Shown: one piece after another, positions 19,363-29,124 of the stretch
Position numbering within the stretch: the stretch's first letter is position 1
How the letters are laid out: each line of letters starts with the position of its first letter
The notes under the pieces: model-generated
The model's database searches: none
What the model saw: the letters and a program-made list of their open reading frames with translations, nothing else
What the model was told of the DNA's origin: nothing
Source of the DNA: an uncultured Arcobacteraceae bacterium
GTDB lineage: Bacteria > Campylobacterota > Campylobacteria > Campylobacterales > Arcobacteraceae
Assembly: GCA_964022095.1 (NCBI GenBank)
Contig: CAXHZO010000002.1
Location: 64,001 to 128,000, forward strand
DNA length: 64,000 nt
Direction: 5' to 3'
Position numbers and translations under genes: made by a program

Positions 19363-20099
19363 GAGATAAATGTTTTATATACCATTGTAATTAAAATTAC
19401 AATATTTAAAATTAGGATATATTTTTTATATGAAGTTGAATTAATAGTATGTTTAGCTTTAATACCAAAAAATACTCCAATAAGTGAAGCAATACCTACT
19501 ATTGCACCTTCTAAAAATAGCATATGTCCATGCAGTGACATAGATGTAAATCCTGCAATTGAAGAGAATATTACAAAGAATAGTCCAAGTGAAGTCGCTG
19601 ATTTTAGGTCATATCTTAAGAATCCTACTAAAATAGGAGTTAATAGAATTGATCCTCCAACACCTATACTCATAGCAAAAATACCAATGAAAAAGCCAAT
19701 TACAAATAAAACAAACTTATTATGAGTTTTCGATTCTTGATTATGTTCTGCAGGTGAGAAAAATATTTTAACAATAGAGAAAATCAATATAGCAATAAAT
19801 ATATATTGTAAAGTTTCATTAGAAACATTAGAAACAATTAAACCACTTTGAAGACCACCAACAAAACCTCCAATACCAATAATTATTCCATCTTTTAAAA
19901 CATTTTTTGCTTTTTTCGCATTTAAAAAAGAGCCATAAATTGAACTAAATACCATTTGCATTATAGATATTGCAATTGCTTGTTTCATAACAAAACCAGC
20001 AACAAGTAGCATTGGAACAAGTACCATTCCTCCTCCAACTCCAAAAAAGCCAGAGATAAAACCTGTTAATACCCCAAATAGTAAAAGTTCAAGTATCAT
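19359..20099 (-). CDS. Sulfite exporter TauE/SafE family protein
   Basis: GFFGVGGG and IGVGGS repeats, about 8 TM helices. Confidence 0.92.
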   Translation of the reverse strand: MILELLLFGVLTGFISGFFGVGGGMVLVPMLLVAGFVMKQAIAISIMQMVFSSIYGSFLNAKKAKNVLKDGIIIGIGGFVGGLQSGLIVSNVSNETLQYIFIAILIFSIVKIFFSPAEHNQESKTHNKFVLFVIGFFIGIFAMSIGVGGSILLTPILVGFLRYDLKSATSLGLFFVIFSSIAGFTSMSLHGHMLFLEGAIVGIASLIGVFFGIKAKHTINSTSYKKYILILNIVILITMVYKTFIS

Positions 20100-20845
20100 T
20101 ATTTTTTCTTAATAGAATTCATAGCATTAATGAATTTATTATAATCCTCTTCTAATTTCTTATCTTTATCACTAACATCAATTCCATCTTGCTCTTTTAG
20201 GGCAATTTCAAGTACATGAATTCTTTCAATTAAATACTTGAACATCTCTTTATTTATATCTGGTAAGTCACCATGGTCAAGTTTACAGTTTTTATTATCT
20301 TTTTTGATTATTCTAGCTGGAACACCAACTGCTGTACTATTTTTTGGAACATCACAAACTACAACAGAGTTTGCTCCAATTTTAGAGTTTTTGCCTATTG
20401 TGATATTTCCTAAAACTTTTGCACCACTTCCAATAACTGCGTTTGATTTAATAGTAGGGTGTCTTTTCCCCTTATCTAAACTAACACCACCTAGTGTCAC
20501 TCCTTGATAAATTAATACATCATCTTCAATAATTGTCGTTGCCCCAATTACAACACCAATTGCATGATCAATAAACACTCTTCTTCCTATTGTCGCTGCT
20601 GGGTGAATATCTGTTTTTGTAAATAGTGATGAAAATCCAGTTAATGCTCTAGATAGTTTCTTCCAGCCTCTATTATATAATCTATTAGCGATTCTGTGAT
20701 TAATTATAGCCCAAACACCAGGATAGTTAAAAAATAGTTCAAAGCTTGAATCTAGTGCGGGATCATTTAATTTTGGTACAGAAAAATCCTCTTTTATTTG
20801 TTTCCAAAGTGATAAATCTTTTGGTTTTTTTTCTTCATTCGTCAT
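20099..20845 (-). CDS. cysE: Serine O-acetyltransferase
   Basis: DIHPAATIG, FIDH, QGVTLGG, KRHPT, hexapeptide repeats. Confidence 0.96.
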   Translation of the reverse strand: MTNEEKKPKDLSLWKQIKEDFSVPKLNDPALDSSFELFFNYPGVWAIINHRIANRLYNRGWKKLSRALTGFSSLFTKTDIHPAATIGRRVFIDHAIGVVIGATTIIEDDVLIYQGVTLGGVSLDKGKRHPTIKSNAVIGSGAKVLGNITIGKNSKIGANSVVVCDVPKNSTAVGVPARIIKKDNKNCKLDHGDLPDINKEMFKYLIERIHVLEIALKEQDGIDVSDKDKKLEEDYNKFINAMNSIKKK

Positions 20846-22643
20846 AATAACTCCAAATTGTTTTTAAATAACTGTTTTCATTTAAATATTTTTCTAAATT
20901 TTTATAAATATCTGTTGATAAGTTTTTTTGTAATATTTTTTTCATATTATTTGTATCATAGTCAATATCTTCTAATATATCTATTACTTTTTGTGATTCT
21001 AATATCTTTTCTAATACAACTTCATCATTATTAAATACAACATTAACTTCAGTAGGGTGAGAAAATAAATTATGTTTCATCCCTAAAGTATCTTGATATG
21101 CTCCAACATTGAAAAAACCTATAAAGTAATCTTCTTTATTTAAATTTATATCATGTAGATATAAAGGTTTTTTCATATCAAATGGTAACTCTCCATCACT
21201 ATCACATGTAATATCCCATAGTGATGCACTTCTTGTTGGTTTTTTGTCAAGATGTGTTATTGGCATAATAGGAAACTCTTGATCTATTCCCCAATAATCA
21301 GGGAGTGATTGAAACATAGAAAAGTTTAGTAAATACTTTTCTTGAATATTTTCATCAATTCTTTGTAAATCTTTGAAGTCATCAATTTCAAGTAAATAAA
21401 TAGCTTTTTTTATAATTTGATGAGTTAAGATTTCGGCATTTGATCTATCTTGTAAATCAATATACCCTAAATCGAAAAGTGTAAGTAATGACTCCATATG
21501 ATCAGTACTATCATGCATATATTCATAAGCAGTTTTTTTAGTCATATCTCTATGTAAATAAAATAGCTCTTGAATTAAAGGAGGATTTTCATCTTTAAGT
21601 TTTAAATGTTCTAATTCATACTCTGATGAAAATAGTTCTAATACAGGTGCAATTAGAACTGTTGAAGCAGCTGATATAAATCTTCCTGATTCAGTGAAAA
21701 TATTAGGTTCATCTACACCTTTTTGCTTAGCAATCTCTTTTAATGTATAAATAACATCACTTGCAAACTCTCTTAATGAGTAAAACCTTGTTCTTTCATA
21801 GGCACTATATTCAATAGCTAATCCTCCACCAATATTAATTGATGTTAAACCTTTAGCTCCAAGGTTTTTAAGTTCTGCATATATATGTCCAGATTCTCTT
21901 AATGCTTTTTTTAATGGTTTAATAGAGTTCATTGCTGAACCTATATGAAAATGAATCATTGTTAAACTATTAACTATATTATTATCTTCCATTAGTTCAA
22001 AGGCTTCAATTATTTCAGTTGATGTTAATCCAAATTTTGAATTAATACCTCCACTTTTCGCCCATAAGCCACTTCCACCACTATGTAGTCTAACTCTTAA
22101 TCCTATATTAGGACATTCCAATTTGTATTCTTTTAATACCTCTATAATTATTTCCAATTCATTAAGACCTTCAATAATTACAGTAATGTCATGTCCCATA
22201 CTTTTAGCGATAAAACAAAGGTGAATCATCTCTTTATCTTTAAAACCATTTACAGTTATAGGTGAACCAATATTATTATATGTCATAGCTATAAGAAGCT
22301 CGGCTTTACTACCAGCTTCTAATCCATAATTAAACTCTTTACCATTTTTTATTAAAGGGTGAATAAAGTTTGGAAGTTGATTTACTTTTAGTGGAAAAAC
22401 TGCATTGAAACTTCCCTTGTAATCATATTGTTTAATGCTTTCTTTAAAAGTATCATACAAAGTTGAAATTTGTTTTTTTGTAATATGTGGAAATCTTAGT
22501 AGTAAAGGTCCTTTGAAGTCTTGGTCTCTTATTTCTTTAACTAAAGAAATAAGTGATGGTTTAGAATTATAATTAACTTTTGCTAAACCATCTTCAATAA
22601 TAAAGTTATCATCGCTCCAGATGTCGATACCATAGTTTGTCAC
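20835..22643 (-). CDS. speA: Biosynthetic arginine decarboxylase
   Basis: FPLKVNQ (PLP Lys), GLEAGSKAE, HFHIGS, FQSLPDYW, DITCDSDG; GTG start. Confidence 0.96.
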   Translation of the reverse strand: MTNYGIDIWSDDNFIIEDGLAKVNYNSKPSLISLVKEIRDQDFKGPLLLRFPHITKKQISTLYDTFKESIKQYDYKGSFNAVFPLKVNQLPNFIHPLIKNGKEFNYGLEAGSKAELLIAMTYNNIGSPITVNGFKDKEMIHLCFIAKSMGHDITVIIEGLNELEIIIEVLKEYKLECPNIGLRVRLHSGGSGLWAKSGGINSKFGLTSTEIIEAFELMEDNNIVNSLTMIHFHIGSAMNSIKPLKKALRESGHIYAELKNLGAKGLTSINIGGGLAIEYSAYERTRFYSLREFASDVIYTLKEIAKQKGVDEPNIFTESGRFISAASTVLIAPVLELFSSEYELEHLKLKDENPPLIQELFYLHRDMTKKTAYEYMHDSTDHMESLLTLFDLGYIDLQDRSNAEILTHQIIKKAIYLLEIDDFKDLQRIDENIQEKYLLNFSMFQSLPDYWGIDQEFPIMPITHLDKKPTRSASLWDITCDSDGELPFDMKKPLYLHDINLNKEDYFIGFFNVGAYQDTLGMKHNLFSHPTEVNVVFNNDEVVLEKILESQKVIDILEDIDYDTNNMKKILQKNLSTDIYKNLEKYLNENSYLKTIWSYYDE

Positions 22644-23875
22644 TAAAAATCCTCAAGTTTAATATTTTTATCTTCTTTAGCTATTAAATCTTTAACAAAA
22701 ATTGTGCCTTCTTCAAGCTCTTTTTCTCCAATAAGTGCAACAATATTAGCTCCTGCTTTTTCTGCAAGTTTAAAGTGCTTACCAAAACTTCTAGGAGTGT
22801 ACTCAACATAAGTTTTAGTAGTTTTTCTTTTTTTATTTGCAGTTTTTAGTACAGTATTTAGAGATTTTTCATCTAGTGCTCCAATATATACTATATCTTC
22901 ATTTGATTCTTTCATTTTTACAAGTTCTAAAAGTCTTTCAATTCCTATTGCAAATCCAATACCAGGTGTTGGTCTACCACCTAAGAACTCAACAAGTCTA
23001 TCATATCTTCCCCCACCTGCAATTGCACTTTGTGCACCAATCTCATCACTTACAAATTCAAATGCAGTTTTTGAGTAGTAATCTAAACCTCTAACTAAAC
23101 TTGTATCAACTTCATATTTTACTTTATTAAAATCTAAAATCTCTTTTAATTTCTCAAAATCTGTATCACAGCTCTCACATAAATTATGAGTGATTCTTGG
23201 GGCATCTGTTAAAAGCTTTTGACAGTTTTCATTTTTACAGTCTAAAACTCTGATTGGATTTGTATCAATCCTTCTATTACAGTCTTCACAAAGATTTTCT
23301 TTAAAATTTGTTAAATACTTAACTAGATTTTCTTTGTATGGAGGCATACATACATTACAACCTAGTGAATTTAGTTGAAGTTTAAACCCAATTCCAAAGA
23401 AGTCTAAAATATCTTTTATCATCATAATTATATTTGCATCTTCTAAAACAGAATCAACTCCAAATACTTCACAACCAAATTGATGAAATTCTCTTAATCT
23501 TCCTTTTTGAGGTCTTTCATATCTAAACATTGGTCCATAGTAATACCATCTATAGTTTCCACCAGCTCTGTCTAATTTATGTTGTACAAAATGTCTTACA
23601 ACACCAGCTGTTCCTTCTGGTCTTAGACAAACATCATTTTCACCTTTATCAATAAATTGGTACATCTCTTTATTTACAATATCACTACTTTCTCCAACTG
23701 ATCTTTTAAAAAGTGCAGTCTCTTCTAAAAGTGGTGTCTCTAAATAGCTAAAACCATAGTTTTTTACTATTTGTGAAGCATTTTCTATAAAATAAGTAAA
23801 TAAAGTACTCTCTTCATTTACGATATCTTTCATCCCTCTTAGGCTTTGAATAGTTTTATTGTTCTCTTTAGACAT
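22643..23875 (-). CDS. hisS: Histidine--tRNA ligase
   Basis: LRPEGTA, FRYERPQKGR, LVRGLDYY, AGGGRYD, GIERL. Confidence 0.99.
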   Translation of the reverse strand: MSKENNKTIQSLRGMKDIVNEESTLFTYFIENASQIVKNYGFSYLETPLLEETALFKRSVGESSDIVNKEMYQFIDKGENDVCLRPEGTAGVVRHFVQHKLDRAGGNYRWYYYGPMFRYERPQKGRLREFHQFGCEVFGVDSVLEDANIIMMIKDILDFFGIGFKLQLNSLGCNVCMPPYKENLVKYLTNFKENLCEDCNRRIDTNPIRVLDCKNENCQKLLTDAPRITHNLCESCDTDFEKLKEILDFNKVKYEVDTSLVRGLDYYSKTAFEFVSDEIGAQSAIAGGGRYDRLVEFLGGRPTPGIGFAIGIERLLELVKMKESNEDIVYIGALDEKSLNTVLKTANKKRKTTKTYVEYTPRSFGKHFKLAEKAGANIVALIGEKELEEGTIFVKDLIAKEDKNIKLEDF

Positions 23876-24434
23876 TTAAAAAATCCTCTATTTTCTTTTC
23901 AATTTCTTTAATTTTTAAACTTGCATCAATTGCAATATAGTTTATATTTAGTTTCTCAAGTGTTACTTTCATTCTGTTTTGAATATTTATTAAGTAGTCA
24001 ATTCCTCTTAATTCAATAGAATCATTCTCTTTTTGAGATAATCTATATTTTAACTCTTCAGGTGTTAATTCTAATAAAATCACATGACTTGGAAGTATAT
24101 TTTCTGTAGCAATTAAATTTAAATCTATTAACTTATCTATATCAAGTTGTGAAGCATAAGCAATCCCCGATATTACAGACCTATCTGATATTACTGTATT
24201 GTTCTTATTGGGCTTTATTACTTCTTCAATATGTTCAGCTCTATCGGCTAAAAAAAGAAACATCTCTGCAATTTTAGATTTTGCTTCACCACTTAATGCC
24301 ATAGCTCTAAGCTTTAATCCAATATCTGTTCCACCTGGTTCTTTTGTGAAAATTGCATCTTTAAATTTTTTTTGAAGTAAATCTAATTGTGTTGATTTAC
24401 CAGCAGTGTCAATACCTTCAATAACTACATACAT
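23868..24434 (-). CDS. tmk: Thymidylate kinase
   Basis: EGIDTAGKSTQ, TKEPGGT, LFLADRAEH, SDRS. Confidence 0.97.
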   Translation of the reverse strand: MYVVIEGIDTAGKSTQLDLLQKKFKDAIFTKEPGGTDIGLKLRAMALSGEAKSKIAEMFLFLADRAEHIEEVIKPNKNNTVISDRSVISGIAYASQLDIDKLIDLNLIATENILPSHVILLELTPEELKYRLSQKENDSIELRGIDYLINIQNRMKVTLEKLNINYIAIDASLKIKEIEKKIEDFLNV

Positions 24435-24922
24435 TTTATAACCTCATTAGGTACTAAATGCTCAAACTTTCCATTAAATCTAATGATTTCTCTAACAATA
24501 GTTGAAGATACAAATGCATTTTCAAGTGTAGGCATTAAATAAAGTGTTTCAATTTTATTATTGATTGATGAGTTAGCATAACCCATTTGTAATTCAAATT
24601 CAAAATCAGATACAGCTCTTAAGCCCCTAATAATAGTATTTACATTAAGTTCTGTAGCTAAATCTACTAATAATGTATCGAAACCTACTACCTTAACCCC
24701 AGGTATATCTTTCGTTGCAGCTATTACAAACTCTTCTCTTTGGAAGTGTGAAAACATTGGTTTTTTCATTTCACTTTTTGCAACAGCAATAATTACTTCA
24801 TCAAAAATATTCGAAGCTCTTTTAATAATATCTAGATGACCATTTGTTATAGGGTCAAAAGTACCACTGTATATCGCTTTTTTGTGTGATTTTACACACT
24901 CTTTATTTATTAGATCAGACAT
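24425..24922 (-). CDS. coaD: Phosphopantetheine adenylyltransferase
   Basis: GTFDPITNGHLD, IRGLRAVSDFEFE, VSSTIVRE. Confidence 0.98.
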   Translation of the reverse strand: MSDLINKECVKSHKKAIYSGTFDPITNGHLDIIKRASNIFDEVIIAVAKSEMKKPMFSHFQREEFVIAATKDIPGVKVVGFDTLLVDLATELNVNTIIRGLRAVSDFEFELQMGYANSSINNKIETLYLMPTLENAFVSSTIVREIIRFNGKFEHLVPNEVIKCM

Positions 24923-24923
24923 C

Positions 24924-25478
24924 TTACTCCCATCTTTTATATAGATTATTGTTTATTTTTAACATATCTAACCATTTACCAATCATGAAGTTTTCCATAT
25001 CATCAAGTGACTGTTGATTTGAATAATACCCAAGAATTGGAGGGGCTATAGTAACCCCCATTTTACATAGTTTCAACATGTTTTCTAATGCTATTTGATT
25101 TAAAGGCATTTCTCTAGGAGAAAGAATTATCTCCCTTTTTTCCTTTAACATAACAGTAAATGCTCTTGTAATTAAGGAATCTGATATTCCTACTGCACAT
25201 TTTGCAAGTGTATTCATTGAGCATGGAAGAACAATCATTTTATCAACTTTGAATGAACCTGAAGCTATACATGCACCTATATCACTATCTTTTAAAATAG
25301 TAATATTTTCATAATCATCAAACATTTTTCTTGCAGATAGGTTAGTTTCAAGCTTTAGTGCTCTTTTCGCACTGTTTGAAAATACTAAAAAAACCTCAAT
25401 ATCTTTTGGTAGCTGTTTTACAAATTTAATAGCTAAATTAGTTCCACTAGCACCAGAAATAGCAACTGTTAGTCTCAA
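24924..25478 (-). CDS. ubiX: UbiX family flavin prenyltransferase
   Basis: ISGASG, IASGS, PCSMNTLAK, LKEKR, PREMP; TTG start. Confidence 0.93.
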   Translation of the reverse strand: MRLTVAISGASGTNLAIKFVKQLPKDIEVFLVFSNSAKRALKLETNLSARKMFDDYENITILKDSDIGACIASGSFKVDKMIVLPCSMNTLAKCAVGISDSLITRAFTVMLKEKREIILSPREMPLNQIALENMLKLCKMGVTIAPPILGYYSNQQSLDDMENFMIGKWLDMLKINNNLYKRWE

Positions 25479-25690
25479 AAGAAAGCCTTTTTATTTTATT
25501 AAGATAATCAAGATAATAGCAAAAAAAAACTTTGAATTCAATCTTCTTTTTTACCTATGTTTTTCATAGTATCTTAAGTTAATTTTAATAAATTAAATGT
25601 TAACATTATGTATAATTATAAAGTATATTAAATAAAACAATATGTTTATTTATATAATTTATATATCATATTATGTAAAAGGAATTTATT

Positions 25691-26332
25691 ATGTCTCATG
25701 TTTATTCGTATGTTAGAGTTAATAAAAATAATGAATCATATACTCAAAACCAAAAGGTCTCAATTAGCAATTATATTGATGAACATAATATTTCTATTTA
25801 TAAAGAGTTTGAGATAGAAATTTCAAGTTCACATGAAGAGAAAAATATCTTAGAACTTTTAAGAAATAGTGAAAAAAATTCAACATTAATTGTTTCTGAT
25901 TTAAATGTATTTGGTAGAACAATTGAAACAATTTTAGAAATTGTTAAATTCTTGCTTTCTAATAAAGTTAGAATAATAGCTATAAAACAAAACCTTGAAT
26001 TAGTAGATGATAAAGACATGTTAACTCAAATGATTTTAGGCGTTATTTCAATGACTATGAATTTAGAAAAAGATTTAATGAGTCTAAGAACAAAAGAAGC
26101 TTTAAGTGTAAAAAAACAAAATGGAATTGCCTTAGGTAAACCAAAAGGTACAATTCAAAAGTCAAAATTTGATGATCAAAGAGATAAAATTGAAGAGTTA
26201 TTACAACTTGGTTTATCTGTTAGAAAAATTGCAAAACTTCTTGGTTATAACAATCATATTGGATTAAATAACTATGTTAAGAAGAGAAAGATAAGAGAAA
26301 ATTTGCCTAATACTCTTAATATCGCTAGCTAA
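25691..26332 (+). CDS. Serine recombinase (resolvase/invertase) family protein, predicted catalytically inactive
   Basis: Resolvase fold motifs (YVRV, LIVS.L..FGR, RTKEAL, LGKPKG, C-terminal HTH) but catalytic Ser replaced by Asn. Confidence 0.85.
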   Translation: MSHVYSYVRVNKNNESYTQNQKVSISNYIDEHNISIYKEFEIEISSSHEEKNILELLRNSEKNSTLIVSDLNVFGRTIETILEIVKFLLSNKVRIIAIKQNLELVDDKDMLTQMILGVISMTMNLEKDLMSLRTKEALSVKKQNGIALGKPKGTIQKSKFDDQRDKIEELLQLGLSVRKIAKLLGYNNHIGLNNYVKKRKIRENLPNTLNIAS

Positions 26333-26426
26333 TAAATTTTAACAATAGTATTAATAGCTATTTTATAATTTCTAATTAATAGTTGCTATTGTAGAATATC
26401 ACCAATAAAATAGAATTGGAGATATT

Positions 26427-26876
26427 GTGAAAGTATTATTAATTAAAGATGTTAAGAGTTTAGGAAAAGCTGGAGAAATAAAAGAAGTTAAAGATGGATA
26501 CGGAAAAAACTTTCTAGTTGGAAAAGGTTTTGCTTTACATGCGACTGATGAAGTAATTGCAGAATTTGAAGCAAAACAAGCTGAACTAAAGAAAATTGAA
26601 GCTCAAGAGATAGCAGAAGCTACTGAATTAGCAGAAAAATTAAATACTACAAAATTAACTATTAAGCATAAAATTGGTGCAAATGGACATTTAATTGGTT
26701 CTGTAACTAATAAAGAAGTTAGTGAATCATTAAAAGAGCAATTTGATATTGAAATAGATAAAAAAAGTATTTCATTAAAAGAAAAAATAAAAGCTGCAGG
26801 AATTTTTGAATCTGATTGTAAGTTAGGTCATGGAATTCACGCAACACTAAAAGTAGATGTAATTGGAGTTGAATAA
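26427..26876 (+). CDS. rplI: 50S ribosomal protein L9
   Basis: KVLLIKDVKSLGKAGEIKEVKDGYGKNFL, GSVT; GTG start. Confidence 0.98.
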   Translation: MKVLLIKDVKSLGKAGEIKEVKDGYGKNFLVGKGFALHATDEVIAEFEAKQAELKKIEAQEIAEATELAEKLNTTKLTIKHKIGANGHLIGSVTNKEVSESLKEQFDIEIDKKSISLKEKIKAAGIFESDCKLGHGIHATLKVDVIGVE

Positions 26877-27413
26877 ATGTTTGACGCTACTACGATACTT
26901 GCTTATAAAGGCCCAAATAAAGCTGTAATTGGAGGTGACGGACAAGTTACTTTTGGAAATGCAATTTTAAAGGGAAATGCAACAAAAATCAGAACACTTT
27001 ATAATGGAAAAATATTAGCAGGCTTCGCTGGAAGTACTGCTGATGCATTTAATCTATTTGACATGTTTGAAACACACTTAGAAAATAAAAAGGGCGATTT
27101 ATTAAAAGCTGTTATTGAATTTTCTAAAGAGTGGAGAAAAGATAAAGTTTTAAGAAGATTAGAAGCTATGATGATTGTATTAAATAAAGATCACATTTTT
27201 ATACTTTCAGGAAATGGAGATGTAGTTGAACCAGAAGATGGCTCAATTGCTTCTATTGGTAGTGGTGGAAACTTTGCTATTAGTGCAGCTCGTGCATTAG
27301 CAAAGCATGCAAAAATGGATGAAGAAGATCTTGTAAGAGAATCACTTATGATTGCAGGTGAACTTTGTATTTACACAAACCAAAATATTAAATTATTAAA
27401 ACTAGAGGATTAA
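26877..27413 (+). CDS. hslV: ATP-dependent protease subunit HslV
   Basis: [29 protein letters not shown]. Confidence 0.99.
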   Translation: MFDATTILAYKGPNKAVIGGDGQVTFGNAILKGNATKIRTLYNGKILAGFAGSTADAFNLFDMFETHLENKKGDLLKAVIEFSKEWRKDKVLRRLEAMMIVLNKDHIFILSGNGDVVEPEDGSIASIGSGGNFAISAARALAKHAKMDEEDLVRESLMIAGELCIYTNQNIKLLKLED

Positions 27414-27419
27414 TAAGAT

Positions 27420-28748
27420 ATGGATTTAACACCAAAACAGATAGTAGAATATTTAGATGATTATATTATTGGTCAAAATAATGCTAAAAAAACAATTGCA
27501 TTAGCCTTAAGAAATAGGTTTAGACGAATGAAAGTTGAACCAGTTTTACAAGAAGAAATTATGCCAAAAAATATTTTGATGATTGGTAGTACAGGAGTTG
27601 GTAAAACTGAAATTGCTAGAAGATTAGCAAAAATGATGGGTTTACCTTTTGTAAAAGTTGAAGCTAGTAAATATACTGAGGTAGGTTTTGTAGGAAGAGA
27701 TGTTGAATCTATGGTTAGAGACTTAGTTTTTGAATCAATAAGTTTAGTTACAAAAGAGTATGAAGATAAAATAAAAGATAAAATTGAAGAAGAAGTAAAT
27801 AAAAAAATTATTGAAAAACTAGTTCCTCCTTTACCTGAAACTGCAAGTGAAAGTGCAAAAGAGTCTTTTATAAAAACGTATAATACTATGGAAAAAAAGC
27901 TTTTAGATGGTGATTTAGATGAAAAGAAAATAGAAATAGAAATTCCCAAAAAAGCACATGTAGAAATTTTAGATTCAAATATGCCTTTAGATATGACTTC
28001 TATGCAAGAAAGCCTAAACAAAATGTTAGGTGGACTTAATAAAGAAAAAATAAAAAAAGAAGTAAAAATTAAAGATGCGAAAATTTTATTAAAATCAAGT
28101 GCAAGTGAATCATTACTTGACCAAGAAGCTATTAAAATTGAAGCTATCAAAAGAGCAGAATCAGGTGGAATCATTTTCTTAGATGAAATTGATAAAATTG
28201 CTTCTGGTAAATCAAATCAAAATCAAGATCCTTCAAAAGAGGGTGTTCAAAGAGATTTACTTCCAATTGTTGAAGGAAGTTCTGTTCAAACAAAATTTGG
28301 TCATGTAAAAACTGATCATATTTTATTTATAGCAGCAGGGGCATTTCATGTTAGTAAACCAAGTGATTTACTTCCTGAGCTTCAAGGAAGATTTCCTTTA
28401 AGAGTTGAGTTAGAAACACTTGATGAAGATGCATTATATAAAATTTTAACAAACACTAAAAACTCTTTATTAAGACAATACAAGGCTTTATTAGAGGTTG
28501 AAAATGTTACTTTAGAGTTTGATGATGAATCTATAAAAGCATTCGCAAAATATTCAGTTACAGCAAATAACAAAACTGAAGATATAGGTGCTAGAAGACT
28601 TCACACAGTAATTGAAAAAGTAATTGAAGATATTTCATTTAATGCAGATGAAATGAGTGGGGAAAAAGTAATAGTAACAAAAGAACTAGTTGAAGAAAAA
28701 TTAGATACAATTGTTGAAGACGATGATTTAGCTAAATATATATTATAG
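27420..28748 (+). CDS. hslU: ATP-dependent protease ATPase subunit HslU
   Basis: PKNILMIGSTGVGKTE, EVGFVGRD, LDEIDK, GVQRDLLP, GARRL. Confidence 0.99.
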   Translation: MDLTPKQIVEYLDDYIIGQNNAKKTIALALRNRFRRMKVEPVLQEEIMPKNILMIGSTGVGKTEIARRLAKMMGLPFVKVEASKYTEVGFVGRDVESMVRDLVFESISLVTKEYEDKIKDKIEEEVNKKIIEKLVPPLPETASESAKESFIKTYNTMEKKLLDGDLDEKKIEIEIPKKAHVEILDSNMPLDMTSMQESLNKMLGGLNKEKIKKEVKIKDAKILLKSSASESLLDQEAIKIEAIKRAESGGIIFLDEIDKIASGKSNQNQDPSKEGVQRDLLPIVEGSSVQTKFGHVKTDHILFIAAGAFHVSKPSDLLPELQGRFPLRVELETLDEDALYKILTNTKNSLLRQYKALLEVENVTLEFDDESIKAFAKYSVTANNKTEDIGARRLHTVIEKVIEDISFNADEMSGEKVIVTKELVEEKLDTIVEDDDLAKYIL

Positions 28749-28808
28749 ACTTTTAAATTAATAATTTTTTAGCTAGAATATATCAATCTATAATTTGGGG
28801 AGTAAATT

Positions 28809-29114
28809 ATGAATATAATTACATTTAATCAGATTGATGAGTCATTATTTAATGATGAATTTAATGTTGAGCATTTTCATACAGGAACTAGTGAAAAAGC
28901 TGATATTGTTATATTAGACATAGATACAATTTTTGAATTTGAAGAAAATAAAGCAGAAGTTACTAAAGATAAATATGTTTCAATAGCTGTTATTGAAGAT
29001 GAAAGTGATTATGATGCTTTCAAAAACTTTGGTATTGATGCATGGATTTTAGGAAGTGAGCTTTCTCAAGTTAATAACATTGTAAATTTAGTTAATAAAA
29101 GATTTTTATCGTAA
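28809..29114 (+). CDS. Hypothetical protein, possible degenerate receiver (CheY-like) domain
   Basis: 101 aa; ADIVILDID and FGIDAWI segments resemble receiver beta3 and beta5; SD GGAG. Confidence 0.55.
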   Translation: MNIITFNQIDESLFNDEFNVEHFHTGTSEKADIVILDIDTIFEFEENKAEVTKDKYVSIAVIEDESDYDAFKNFGIDAWILGSELSQVNNIVNLVNKRFLS

Positions 29115-29124
29115 GGAATAAGTT

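Noticed and set aside
26342-26392. Imperfect inverted repeat (ACAATAG...CTATTGT) between the recombinase gene and rplI
   Set aside because: Short AT-rich arms overlapping the likely rplI -10; cannot be told apart from chance or a weak terminator.
25480-26426. Recombinase locus as a mobile element or invertible segment
   Set aside because: No transposase, cargo, terminal repeats or target duplication; flanked by core genes; enzyme lacks its nucleophile.
27473-28174. 233-aa minus-strand ORF opposite hslU
   Set aside because: Codon-mirror antisense frame of a conserved gene with typical shadow-ORF composition. The same applies to the small antisense ORFs in uvrA, cysE, hisS, rlpA, the kinase, fliP, fliK, recD2, ftsA and ftsZ.
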